DNA from: Mobula hypostoma
Lineage: Eukaryota
Length of the DNA: 64,000 nucleotides
Direction: 5' to 3'
NCBI RefSeq assembly: GCF_963921235.1
Contig: NC_086118.1
Location: 29,700,001 to 29,764,000 of the forward strand
Under the pieces are notes generated by a model that made no database searches, had not been told where the DNA came from, and was given only the letters and a program-made list of their open reading frames with translations. Each line of letters opens with the position of its first letter. Position 1 is the stretch's first letter. The position numbers and the translations under genes are program-made. Positions 27,216 through 40,128 of this stretch are shown piece by piece.

Positions 27216-27829
27216 GAAATAATGAAAAGGTGGCTGATACACATTGGAGTTTAAAAGAATGAGATATGATCTCATGAAATATACAGTATAAGAATTTTGA
27301 CTGAATGGACACTGGTGATATTTCCTAAGGTGGGGTATTCTAGAAATTGAGGTCTTTTCTTAGGTTAAGGTGATGACCATTTAAGCCCGAGATGAGAATG
27401 CATTTCTTTCTGTATGTTGTAAATATATGAATTTTGAAACGTTTGAGAGCAGTGGGTGCAGCTATTAAGTATATTCAAAGATGAGACATGCATATTTTTG
27501 GCCTACAGTGGAACTGAAGATTATGGGATTGAGGAGGAAGTAGAGATGAAGCCAGTCATCCTGGGGAAGTGTGGGGGGGGGGCAACTGAGGGGCTTGAGT
27601 TATAAGGAGAGGCTTGATAGGCTGTGAAGAGAAATCTTAGGATTTACAAGAAGAGTGGGAAAGTTTATAATATGGTCAACTTATGTGTTATATAAATTAG
27701 AAGCGGATAACAGGAAAATAAGTCAATATTGGAGATGGCTTAGAAGTCACTTAGAGGAAGCAGGCTATTACTAAAAACAGGAAATGTTTAAATTATAAGG
27801 CATAACTGGCTGGAGCAGAGGTAAACAAA

Positions 27830-28910
27830 TTAGATTAGATTAGATCAGATTCAACTTTATTGTCATTGTGCCGAGTACAGGTACAAAGCCAATGAAATGC
27901 ATTTAGCATCTGACCAGAAATGCAAAGAATAGTGTTATTTATAAAATAACTGCGAATAAAAGAAGTGCTACAGCACACAAATATAAAAGTACTGAGACGG
28001 TACAATACTGATGCAATACTGCTTAGCGCTGTGATGAGAGGTTCAGCAGTGTCACAGCCTCAGGGAAGAAGCTCTTCCTGTACCTGCTATTGCAGGAGCG
28101 GAGGCTCCTGTAGCGCCTACTGGATGGGAGGAGAGTAAAAAGTCCATGGTTAGGGTGAGATGCATCCTTGATAATGCTTTTCGCCCTGCCCAGGCAGCGT
28201 TTATGGTAGGTGTTCTCAATGGTGGGCAATTGGGTGCTGATAATCCACTGGGCAGTTTTCACCACATGCTGGAGTGTTTTGCAGTCCGATACAGGACAAT
28301 TGCCATACCACACTGAGATGCAGTTGGTGAGTATGCTCTCAGTGGTACAGTAGTAAAAGTTTGTCAGTATCCTGGGACAGAGGTGAGCTTTCTTGATGCC
28401 CTGCAGGAAATAAAGCGCCTTTTTGATCAGGATGGTGGAGTTCAGGGGTGAGATCCTCAGAAATGTGGACACCAAGGAATTTGAAGCTTGATACACTCTC
28501 CACTACAGCTCCGTTGATGTAGATGGGGACGTGAGTGTGGGTCCTAGCATGCCTGAAGTCCATAATGATCTCCTTGGTCTTCTGGATGTTAAGGGCCAGA
28601 TTTTTGTCGGCAAACCACGCGGCCAGGTGCTGGACCTTGTCCCTGTAGGCCGTCTCGTCATCCCCACTGATCAGACCAACCGCCGTGGTGTCGGCTGCGA
28701 ACTTGATTATGGAGTTAGAACCATGTACAGGAACGCAGTCATAGGTGAAAAGGGAGTACAGAAGAGGGCTCAGCGCACAGCCTTGAGGCACGCCGGTGTT
28801 CAGGGTGAGAGTGGAGGAGGGGAGGTTGTCTAACTTAACTGATTGGGATCTGTTAGTCAGAAAGTCTAAGGTCCAATTGCAGAGGGATATACTGATACCA
28901 AGTGGCGAAA
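27830..28910 (-). mobile_element. Rex/Babar LINE 3' portion
   Basis: [49 protein letters not shown] and HPNHGLFTLLPSSRRYRSL; (aatct)n tail. Confidence 0.92.
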
Positions 28911-30836
28911 TGGAGGTTGGAATATATGTAGCTTTAGTGCAGAGTAACTGTGTGTGAGAGAAGTTGAGTCATAATGGAAGGACAAGACCTCAAATCAGAG
29001 GAAGAATAGGGGAAAATGCCATCTGGGCAAAGCAAGCAAAGTCCCATTTGTCAGTTAGAGGCAACCCTTGCAGAGCTCAAACAAAGACTAAATACTACAA
29101 AGAGAAATGGGCTATTGATGAAATTGTAAAATCTGCATGTAACTATTGTAAAGCAATATGATTGCTGGAAGTCTTGGATCAGTGATGTACTTTGAATTCT
29201 CACTCAATGTGCTCCCAGTGTACACTGTAACAGGCCCGAATAAACTGACTTGTTCCAGAAACTCACCACTACCATACAAGAGATTTTCTTTATGTGCTGT
29301 CCTAACCTGAACCGCAACTAGGACAGTCACTGTGCCCCATGTGAAAGCTAGACTTAGGATGCAGGTACATTTACAGTATTTAAAAGGCATTTGCATAGGT
29401 ACATGGATAGAGGGATATGGGCAAAACACAGGCAAATGGGATTGGCTCCAATAGACATTTTGGTCAACATGGATGAGTTGGCCTGAAGGATCTGTTTCTG
29501 TGCTCTGTGACGAGAATAAAGTATTTTCAGGAATATTAAGAAAAAACATATATGAAGTTTCGTTTTCCATTTAAAACAAGTTTATCAATGGAATAGAATG
29601 TAAAACTTGTTTTGCTGACAACAAATTGTATTTATAAAAAGTTTTATAATAAAACTTGATGAAAACTGGGAATGTCATGAGCCAACATTTGACCAAACAC
29701 CGTGTATAAAGATTAAGTAAGACAAGGGACCAACATTTTGGTTATAGAGTTAGGTATTAAAGAGAATCTTAAAGGAAGACAGGAATGTAGAATGGCATTG
29801 ATGTTGAGAAAACAATTGCCCAAGATGAAGCAAAAAGAATGAGGGATGAGTTAAAGCCTGAATTGGAACTACTCTAAAGATGTGGGCTGGAGAAGGTGAA
29901 AAGGGATGAGAGTATGAATACAAGATTAATAACTTTAAAATTGTAGCTTTGTTGAACCAGAAACAAATATAGAATGGTAATACAGTTGTGATGGATGAAG
30001 GTGAAGGTGCAAGCTAGGATCTTGGCAAAAATATTTATAAAAACTTCAAGTTTTACAAAAGGTAGAATGTGCTAGATGGGCTAGGAAAGCATTGGAATAA
30101 CACAGTCTGGAGATAATGAAGGCATACAGGCTTAGGATGGTCATTTGGCAATTGAGGACTGGTGGGGCTAGTCTTCATACAAGAAAATGTACAGAATGCT
30201 AAGATAATAAGCACTCTATCCAATCTAATTTCCAGTTAATTTTGTGATTCATTTAATTACGCTGCATTGCTAAACCATATGAGATCTCAAATTTCAAGGG
30301 GCTTTGCTGTGATTTCTGTTAAGAAACTTAATTAATTGTCTGATAATGGAAAAAAATTGGTAAACCTTATCTGAATAATCCTGAGCATACTGTTTCAAAT
30401 ATATACAATACACAGCTCGAAAAATAGAATTTAAACAGAAATATGAGGTGAGAAAATCCAAGAAAAATTTAGAAACCTATAAAATAAATATGAGAAAATA
30501 CAGGTTGACATTCACTAATCCGACTACCTGTAATCTGGTTCCTGTGATAATCCGCACTGATTTCAAAATTTCCGCGCAACTGTAATTTCAAATTTTCTGG
30601 GTCACCGTACCAATCTGCTGCACATTGTTTTGGTTGCGCTAGATCTGTTCATGTGTTGGTGCACTCTTGTAAGCACAGACAGGCGATTCCTGCTTGTTTT
30701 CCTGCATTTATTAATATCATTTGCGTGAGGCCAGGCCACCCGGCACCCACCCATCTCACCCGCCAGCGGCAGGCGAGCTGGCGTGCAGCACACTGCCCTC
30801 CGGCGTTGCCCGGCTGGCGCTCTGTTCTCTTCTGCC

Positions 30837-30933
30837 TACGACCTCAGATCAGACGTGGTGACCCGCTGAACTTAAGCATATTACTAAGCAGAGGAAAAGA
30901 AACTAACGAGGATTCCCTCAGTAACTGCGAGTG
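30837..30933 (+). rRNA. 28S rRNA 5'-end fragment (pseudogene), preceded by probable ITS2 3' end (about 30722-30836)
   Basis: tacgacctcagatcagacgtggtgacccgctgaacttaagcatattactaagcagaggaaaagaaactaacgaggattccctcagtaactgcgagtg matches the conserved LSU 5' end. Confidence 0.92.
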
Positions 30934-31872
30934 CAATGTAGTCTTTGGGGTAACTGCAAGTCTGTGTCTTTGCTATCGCTTTGCTCACACTTGAGTGCTG
31001 TTAGTGGGTGTGCTTTATTTTTTGCCGGTGGGGAGGGGGGATTTTTGCTCGCTGCCACTTACGTGCGTGACAGAAGGGAGCGGTGGGGGGACCTTAGGGG
31101 TTCTAACATTTAACTGTCGTTCATTCTTTGGGACACTCCTCTGTTTTCGTAGATGGTTGTGAAGAAAAAGCATTTCAGGATGTATATTGTGTACATTTCT
31201 CTGACATTAAATAGGAGGGAGGAGAAGATGACGGCGCGATGCAGTGCGCGCGGCCATTCCAAATGATATCGATATGTGTCAACTAGGGGGCCGTGCAAAA
31301 TCCTGATTTGATGGAGACAGCCTTGAGAAGCACAGAGGAACATCTGGTAAAACTTCTGAAATGCCTGCTTCGCTGCTGCTGCTACTGTGCGATCGAGAAT
31401 CTCCGGAGGGGAAGGCCCCAAATCCTCGGCTTTGCCTATTGCCTGTTGCTGGGGCCGGGGTCGAAGCGCTTGGCAGAGGTGGTGCTCGGTGCTTGGTGTC
31501 GGAGAGCTGGTTGGAGGTTCGGAGTTTTTGGACGGACTCGGAGTCAGACTGTGGTCGGATGCTTCCAGGATGCTGCATCGGCAAGTTTGCGGCGCTGGAG
31601 GTTCACCGTCTGCGTGAGATGATGGGACTTTCGAGAGACTTTGAGACTTTTACTGTGCCCATGGTCTGTTCTTATCAAATTACGGTATTGCTTTGCACTG
31701 TTGTAACTATATGTTATAATTATGTAGTTTTTGTCAGTTTTTCAGTCAGTTTGTCGTGTTTCTGTGATATCATTCTGGAAAAACATTGTATCATTTCTTA
31801 ATGCATGCATTACTAAATGACAATAAAACAGGACTGCGTGTCCTCATAATCGTAAAAAAACTTTGAATCTTT
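30934..31872 (+). mobile_element. SINE-like body with LINE-like tail fused to the 28S fragment; interrupted at 31214-31851
   Basis: Tail gaagaaaaagcatttcaggatgtatattg..acattaaat resumes as ctttgaatcttt after the nested insert. Confidence 0.6.
31214..31851 (+). mobile_element. SINE-like non-autonomous retroposon (same family as 20513-21124)
   Basis: GC-rich head aagatgacggcgcgatgcagtgcgcgcggcc and tail aatgacaataaaacaggactgcgtgtcctcataat. Confidence 0.8.
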
Positions 31873-34194
31873 TGACATTTTAAAGGTATGATGAGGTGGT
31901 TAGCTATTGCTTAATGTGACCCTTCTGTAACCTGGCATTTTCACTAATCCGGTACTCCTCAGGTCCCAATGGTGCTGGATTATAGAAGGTCGGCCTGTAA
32001 TACATTTGTTCTATCCATGGGCATTGAATCAAAGTAAGCCTTTTGCTGGGCCTAAAAAGAGCACATTTGGTGAAGATATTCCTGGTTCTGAAGAGTACAT
32101 CAAAATGCTCAGCAGAGGTAAATGTTGTTACTAAAGCAAGCAAGCCATAACAGGAGGGAAAAAATGTCAGGAAAGAAGTAAAAATAACATTGCGTGCTGG
32201 TTGTCTGCAGTTCAGTTATTTTATATGTTTTGATTTTGTTTAATAGAATGTAAGAAAATTATCATTTACTAATAAAAGCGCCGACATATGATAAAAGAAA
32301 ACTAAATAAGATACATAAAATGTGAAGTATATTTCATTATTTACAAGTATTTATTTAAACACATACTTGTGCTCAAAACCCCATATATTTAGCCAAGAAG
32401 AATAGTTTGACATAAAGCCCATAGTTTGAACATGGGCTGCTGACCATGACATTCAAACACAAGGGCTGAAGTTAGCCTCATTTTGTAACTTAAGACATGG
32501 ATAAGAGTTGTACTAATAGATGAGCTAAATCGCAAAGAACATTTGATTAGTTCTGAATTCATATACCATCAACACCCTTGTTTGTGTAATAGGATCCAGC
32601 TATTTTCAGCTACCAGCTGCAAAATGACATTTATCTAACAGGAACAAGTTTTAATTCTCTATGGCTTAACAGAAGTAGTGTCCATTGAAGTTGTATGTTG
32701 GGTGTTGTTAGCCACCCAATAATATCGGGGCTAACAGTGAATTTTCTTTATCCCCTTCATAGTGTAGAAATTTCAAAACTGGAGTTTGCCAGTTGGCTAG
32801 CTGATTGCACCTCATTGTATATGTAGGTTGGAAATTTCATAATGGCCCGTTTACTCAATAATTAGACGTGTATTCCATGTCCAACGCAAAAGTTTAATAA
32901 TTGAATTTTTGATCAGGTTTTTTGTTAAATAATGAAGTTATAGTCTAGACTTTGCACCTCTGCTGTTCAGCATCTGTCCTCCTAAAATATCTTTGACAAG
33001 TCTAAGTCTTGGTGAACGGACACTTTCTTCATACTGGGAAAGGTCAGAGTCAGTGAGGGCTGTTTGTATTTCAACATTTAAACAAAATGGACTATATATG
33101 TAGAGAGTTGTATTTTATAACCGTGGTATCCATAAAATGATATTGCTTTAAGATATTAATCACTACTGTCATACTGATGTTCGCATGTGTGTTGATGTGT
33201 CAGTTTTACATATGCATCACATCTTTGTTGGGCAAGTGTAAGATATTCTTTTAAAAGAACAATGACTGGAAATTAAGGAAAAATTCCAAAATATGTGGAT
33301 TTTATATTGGGGCTGTTGTTTAGTGTGTTGTATATTTTCTCTGGAATACAGTTTTTTTCCCCAACAAAACAGCATGATGGACAACTTCATTGTGCAGTTT
33401 CAGAATTAACTTAACTGTTTGCAGACTTGAATATTAGAACAAAGGCTTCACAGATAACCATTTCAAATTTGATCTTTACAACATCTTAAAATAATCACAG
33501 CTATAATTATTCTGCAACTGTAGTAAGCATCATAGTTATCAGGGGGAGGCAGAAAATAGAACCTGAAAGTGTAGAGAAAAAGATTTGAAACAGGAGACAG
33601 TATATTAAGGGATGGATGATCTCCAAGGTGTTGTAAGATTAAAATTATATGTATTTTTAAAAAAGTAGACACCATAGCAGCTTTATAATTGATTTTGGGT
33701 GACCTTATAAGATGTAGCTGGAATTATTATTGATCCAATTGTTAAATTTTCAAATGAAGCATTTGGTTGGGGGCTGGGTAGGGGCAATTTTAAATCCACT
33801 GTTTGTAATGGAATTGATGTGACAATGGCTTGAAAACTAGAAGATAATACAGAAGAATCAGTCTTGCTGGCTTTAGCAATACTTGTCTTTCAGCCTTTTA
33901 AAAGGAAGAGACTGGACTACAAAATCAATTAAGACATACCCGAAGGAAAATTTAGTGATGTACAAATACCTGAGGAAGTATTTTCTTTCGAATTTGTTTC
34001 ATGTATCTAAAACGATATTTATACTAAAGGGAAAAATTAACACGACTCCATTGCATTATGTTCAAAGCTTTCTGAAGGCTTATGTTTGGCAGTGTTATTT
34101 GGGCATGTTATTTGAGGCCTGAGCATTTAATATCTGATCATGGGTACAGCTTCCAGTGTAGCTGCCTTTACCATATAGAGTGAGATGAACTTTC

Positions 34195-34630
34195 ACACGT
34201 CATTGTGCAAGAAGGTTGCATCGTAGCCTAATATGTAAGCTCCAATGCACACATTCGCAGGTGGTTGCAGAGGGTGATAGACTCTACTAGTTCCAGCCCA
34301 GACACAAACATCCGCTCTGCTGAGGGTATCTTCAAGAGGCAGTACCTCAAGGTGGTATCCATTATTAAAATCCCTCACCATCCAGGACATGGCATCTTCA
34401 TGTTACTGCCATCGGGGAGGAGGTACAAGAGCAGCTTTTAAGAACAGCTTCTTTCCCTCTGCTGTCAGATTTCTGAATAATTCATGAACCAATGAACACA
34501 ACCTTGTTATTTGTCTTTTCCACTGTTTATTATTTTTGTAACATAGTTTTTTTTGTCTTGCACTACATTGTTCCCACAAACCAACAACTTTCATGATATA
34601 TGTCAATGGTAACAAATCTGATGTTAATTC
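34195..34630 (+). mobile_element. Rex/Babar LINE 3' fragment
   Basis: caccatccaggacatggcatcttcatgttactgccatcggggaggaggtacaagagc (HPGHGIFMLLPSGRRYKS); tail aacaaatctgatgttaattctga. Confidence 0.75.
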
Positions 34631-34844
34631 TGAAGATCTGAAAACGAGGATAACTTTGAATTAGCAAAGAAAGAAGTTAAGAAAAGAAAGGAGAAATAAC
34701 AGTTGGGGAAGGTTTTCAAAGTGGAAATTGTTATTTATCTAGTAATAAAGAGTAACTCACTGAATTACACTGATAGCCAAAAATATACCGAAAACAAATA
34801 GCTGTCTGTGCAGCATTTACTTCTGTCTCTATTTTTCAATCCTC

Positions 34845-35000
34845 CATTCTCGTTCTCTCTGACTCTGTTTGTATCTCTCGCTCTTTCTCTCTCTCTCACT
34901 CACTCTCTGTCTCACTTCTCTCCCTCTGCCTCTCTCTGACTCTGTCTGTCTCTCTGACACTCACTGTCTGTCTGTCTCTCTTTGTCTATTTCTCCTCTCC
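34845..35000. repeat. Imperfect (CT)n/(CTGT)n microsatellite
   Basis: Pyrimidine-rich dinucleotide run. Confidence 0.85.
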
Positions 35001-37310
35001 ACTAATACTCTTCTCCAAAAGATTCCTGGAAAACAGCCCTGCTGGAACTTTATTGAGCTGGAGGTTATGGATAACTATGAGAAAGAGTGTTATTGTTTCT
35101 CTTGGGTTACTAACAATGACAAATGAAATGTGCCTTTTTCTGCAAGACGCCAGCACAATCCAGGCGAATTGGCAATTAAAACGCTCTCATTAAACCTGGC
35201 CAAATTCATTCTGAAAAAAACTGCATACAAGTGATTGCGATGATTCTGCAGGTACATTTCCATACGAGAAAAGATTGGAACTCCTATCTCCTAGATGTCC
35301 CTACCTGAGCTGTTAACATACAGTATATCATGTGTTAGTTTGTATGCTGGAATGCTGCAAAAATAATTCAATGGTTTCTGCATGTTTTCTCTCTCTGAAG
35401 ACAAGAGAAAGAAACATTTCCATTCAGGTCATGTCTCACATGGGCAAAGAACAAGTACGTTTGTATGAGATATTTGTCTTGAAATCCATTTTCTAATTTG
35501 CTCCCAGATATGACACACTTCCTTTTATATCAATTTTCTCTTCCCTTCATTCAGTTTATGCCTGTGGCCCTCCACTTCTAAAAACCTTCACGGCAGAAGC
35601 CGCATTAAAAAAAGGGGGTAGTTTCTTCAATTGCTCCCAGCAACCAAGCCATCACAAAGCAGTTTGCAAAACCAAAAACTCGCTCTCTATTAAGGAACAC
35701 CAACCACAATTTAAGAATTGCTAAATGACTGAATTTAAGTGCATATATTTTCCATTTCTGGAGACATTTAAATGAAGTGAAAGAATATTTCCCAGCAGAA
35801 TTCAACCATGTCAGCTCTCCCCCTGTGCATGTTAGCAAGGCCGGTGTGCACAAGGCAATCTAACCTCAAAAATAACTGAAACTTTAACCTTGTTTGAAGT
35901 TTCACATTTTATTTCTCAGCCCTGGTAAGAGCTTTGCATAAACAAGGGAAATGAACACTAAGCTTGCAACAAATGAAAAAGTAAATTTGTTATTTATTTT
36001 CCCTTTAAATGTATCTTCAAAACTAGAAATGCGAAAGCAGGAATGCCTCTGTTTCCATGGACTGGGGTTAAGATAAGGTATTACTTCTCATTCATGGATA
36101 GCTTAATACAAGCTAAGGAATTCAGCGATCAGATGTTTTATTGAGTGCAATCTTTTTAGTATTGTTAGCAGCTGAGAATATGGATACAAATATAAAAGGT
36201 TAGAAATTGAATCTATTTTTAGTCAAAACATAATTGTTCTGGGATAGAGAGCAGTTATTTGAAGGATCATTTTACAGTTCTATTTAAGATTTAAAAAAAT
36301 GGAAATATCTTGAGAATGCAGCTGAATCATAAATTAAAAGTAATAAAATATGAATGGAATTCAAAGATTAATCTCTTAAAAACAAAATATTTGTGGCTTA
36401 AAGAATAAATGAAACTACTTTTCCTAAAGTTTGTATGGACGTTTTCAGACAATACTTTTGTTAAACTTTAGTTATCAAGATTTAGGACATTATTTTCCTG
36501 CAGTCCCTCAGAATTTTAGCAGAGTTGATAACATAAAAAACGTACATTGCCAATATACTAGATAGGAACATATAGAGTTAATATACCGAAGTGAATGAGT
36601 GCACCAGAAGAGCATCTTTAGAACACTAGGTGTTGCTGTAACACTATTTTTGCATCAAGGTAATGTAGCAGTTCATGGTTTGTGAAAGAAATAAAGCGGC
36701 TATGATAGAGAGGCTAATGCATTCTAGCTACCCTGGTTGGATTATGATCTGTCACTCAGCATCTTATCCCCTACCCTAATCATCTGTCCAAAAGGTTGAA
36801 GCTGAGGTTGTTGGTAGCTGCTTGTATTAGCTCTGGCGGCTGAGTAAAATGCTTCTCACCCCGAGGACTCTGAGGATGCCCTGCCTAAGTGTGTCAATGG
36901 AATAGTCATATGGCTCTGAATAACAGCAAGCTCTGAACATGAGAGGAAACAACCTTCAAGCAACTAAGGTGCGTTTTACCTGCAGTCTCCTTGACTCCTC
37001 TTTAGCTGATAATTTTGGGATATCTTCGGTATCTTGTATTCATCACTAGTTCCTGAAAAAGTCACCATAAAGCTAGGAGCAGCATCACTTCTGCTTGAAC
37101 AAAGACTCACAGTGCAGATGGAAATCCTGGCACATTGGTTTTAAATCCAGCGAGTCAAAAGTTGTGGATGGATATTATGTGCTTTGACTTGAATAATTTC
37201 CTGAAATCTTCTGAATATCTGATATTATCAAAGTCTAATATTTAAGCGATTTAACTCATTTTACACTGGACAAGTTTATGTTAGAGGATAAGTATTTTTC
37301 TCAGATAAAG

Positions 37311-37393
37311 ATGTACTTGCTTTCAAAAAATTCTGCAAACTCGGATGGCAAAATAATGGTGCGAAGGTTCCTTGTAACCTTAAGGCCTTTTAG
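37311..37393 (+). CDS. MGAT5B: Alpha-1,6-mannosylglycoprotein 6-beta-N-acetylglucosaminyltransferase B, first coding exon
   Basis: Acceptor ttttctcag at 37304 and ATG at 37311. Translates MYLLSKNSANSDGKIMVRRFLVTLRPF(R), compared with human MITVNPDGKIMVRRCLVTLRPFR (recalled). Donor TAG|gtaagt, phase 2. Confidence 0.93.
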
Positions 37394-39049
37394 GTAAGTT
37401 TTTCATTTTAATTAAAAATATATATCTGGATATTATTTTGCATTGTTTGCAGATGCTTAATTGAACCCACATGGAACTCATATGTTTTAGGTCTGTGTAA
37501 AGTAAAACTTGTACTTCATTCTCATTGCGCCTGCTGGTAATTCGTATGGCACTGTATCTTGCTTTAATTTTTTATGTATTAAAAAACAGCTTGATGATGG
37601 CAGAATTTGTAGGGCTTTCTTTAGTTATGTATTGAGCTTACCTTGAATTGGATATGCTTTCTACTGAATGTTGAAATGAGACTTAAGACTAGTGAAGAGA
37701 GCCACAAGAGATTAATTTCCCCTTATGTATTCCTTTCATTGAAAGTTACATTTAAAGTATTAAGGATGAGGTGTGAAATCATGACTGGAGAGCGGGAAGA
37801 AACAAGAGCCAGAGAGTTGGATAGTCGGATAAGGATCATTCACCTTTCCACTGTGGGATATTGTTGTCTTTCACCAATATATTCTCCAGTGATTGGTCTG
37901 TTTTCTTTAGGTCTATTTAAACATACTGTATATTCAGTACGATCTAGAGAGGGATTTTGTCTTGATGTTTATCTGTACCATTATAATAAAATCAAAGCAA
38001 AGGTATAAATTGTGCATGTCTGAAATGCTGTAGGTTATCCTTGGCCACTTGTACTAAATGTATACAGCTGTAAATGTGGCAGTAATGGACGTTATACTCT
38101 GCTATTGTGTATATACTTGGTGCAAATGCCTGAGGTTCTCATTCTCAATTTTAAAAAATGGATATGTCATTAATCTTGATTGTATTTAAATTATTATTTA
38201 TTTCAGTTATTAGTAGCAATTAGCCAAAATTATTCCTCAAATTGATTAACTTTGCAAAGTATTAGATTGCTCCCTGCCAGCGGCTTTCACTCCTGTAGGG
38301 TTGGGAAAAGTTCTTAAGTATGAAGGAAGAGCTATTAAACATTAATGAACATTTTTTTAATATTAAGATTAAGGATAAAGTATTTTGACAATATTTGGAT
38401 AGATTTGATTTTGCAGTATCATTTTATTGTTTACAACTGTGCAAAATTATATAACTTGACCCATGCTGATAACACTAGAAATTAGGCATTCTAACTGAGA
38501 GGATTAATGGTTTTGGGTAAAATATTCTTAAGAAGATGAATATAAGCATGAGAATATGCTGCTCTATTTGTTTCTGTTTTGCAGTTTTAGGTGCTCAGTA
38601 CTTGCATGTTCTTTAAGACCTCAACATAATCTTATTTCATTGTCAATGTGTGGAACTTTGACAAAGGTAATAGGATCACTGTTATAGATGTTACCATGCC
38701 TAAATAAGGATAACTCTGGTATATCTCAGAATAAGTCAGCTGAGGATGTGCTTTCACATAATGTCTCTCATGTATTAAATTATTCACCCACTTCTTCTCA
38801 TGCCTGAGGACAATAGAATGAGGGGCTAGGCTGGAATGATACTAAGCTTAAGGATTGATTGAACAAGAGTGCCATTGTGCCTTTATGCCTCAACTTGGAC
38901 ATAAAAAATGTGTGATCTTTTAAACCCATTACAAATAACAGCTGAAAACCATAATATGTTGTATAAATCTTTCAGATTCAATATACCTGTGTAGTCAGCG
39001 GAAATTCTGTGCATGGTACTCTTTCCAGTGTATGTATGAAAAAAATGGA

Positions 39050-39545
39050 GTGAAATAATACCTTGTTTAACATAAGAATAAACTGGAAAGAATGCAAAGA
39101 AGATTAACAAGAATGTTGCAGGACTCAAGAACCTGATTCAGTACCTCTCTATGATGTTAGGACTTTATCCCTTGGAAGGCAGGAGAATGAGAAGTGACTA
39201 AGAGGTGTACAAAATCATGAGGGGCATAGATGGGCTGAATCCCAAGGAATTAGAACCAAAAAATAGAGGGCATAGGTTTAAGGTTAGAGGGAAAAGATTT
39301 AAAAATAGATATAAGAGGCAACTTCTACATGCGGAGGGTGCAGCATATATGAAATGAGCTGTCAGAGAAGGTAATTGGGCCAGGTACAATAGCAATGTTT
39401 AAGAGACATTTCAATAAATCTGTGGTTAAGAAAGGTTTGGTGGGATAGAGCCTATGGACTAGCTTAGGATGGCACCTTGGTCAGCATCGATATGTTCAGC
39501 CAAAGGGCCTGTTTCTTACTTTATGTATTACGTTATGACTCTAAT
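39050..39545 (+). mobile_element. CR1 LINE 3' fragment
   Basis: gaggtgtacaaaatcatgaggggcatagat..agagggcataggtttaaggttagaggg..aagggcctgtttct. Confidence 0.8.
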
Positions 39546-40000
39546 ATAATTAGAAGCAGGAGTAAGTTTTGCTCTACCATTCAATATGACTATTACAGTT
39601 TTTTAAACCTCTGTACCAATTATTTGCATGAGTCCCTTAATTTCCTTAACATCTAAAAACTTAACAATCCCATTCTTGAGTTCTCGGTGACAGAGTCTCC
39701 ACGGTCCTCTGAGGAGAGTATTCCAAATATTCATTATCCTCTTCATGAGGAAAGTTGGGACACAAATTCTCAACCCTGTCCTAAATGGTTCATCACTTGT
39801 TTACCATCCAACTATTGAAATACAGTATGTAATGTTTAAACAAATAATCAGAGCTCATAGATCAATTAAACAGAATTGTAAACCATTTTGCGACATAAAA
39901 CCAGTCACGCAGCAAACACATTATTGGATTTCTAACAGTTGCAGATAATCTTAAGCTTTGAATTTGTATTTAGTTTAAGGCATATTTTGTTTTCTTCTAG

Positions 40001-40128
40001 GTTATTTGTGGCTGGAATTGGATTTTTTACCCTCTGTTTTATAATGACCTCACTTGGCGGCCAATTTTCAGGCAAGAGATTGGGAGACTCACCCTTTGGC
40101 ATCAGGCAATTAGGCATCAAACCAGAAG
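40001..40128 (+). CDS. MGAT5B: MGAT5B second coding exon (type II transmembrane anchor and start of stem)
   Basis: tttcttctag|G; (R)LFVAGIGFFTLCFIMTSLGGQFSGKRLGDSPFGIRQLGIKPE, compared with human LFVLGIGFFTLCFLMTSLGGQFSARRLGDSPFTIRTE (recalled). Donor AAG|gtaaag; phase matches the first coding exon. Confidence 0.95.

Larger units (their letters stand above)
30501..31997. mobile_element. Tigger/pogo-like MITE hosting nested insertions
   Basis: TA-caggttgacattcactaatcc ... ggattatagaaggtcggcctg-TA form imperfect TIRs. Confidence 0.7.

Noticed and set aside
30837..30933. Functional rRNA gene
   Set aside because: Only about 97 nt of 28S, with no 18S or 5.8S, and embedded in repeats.
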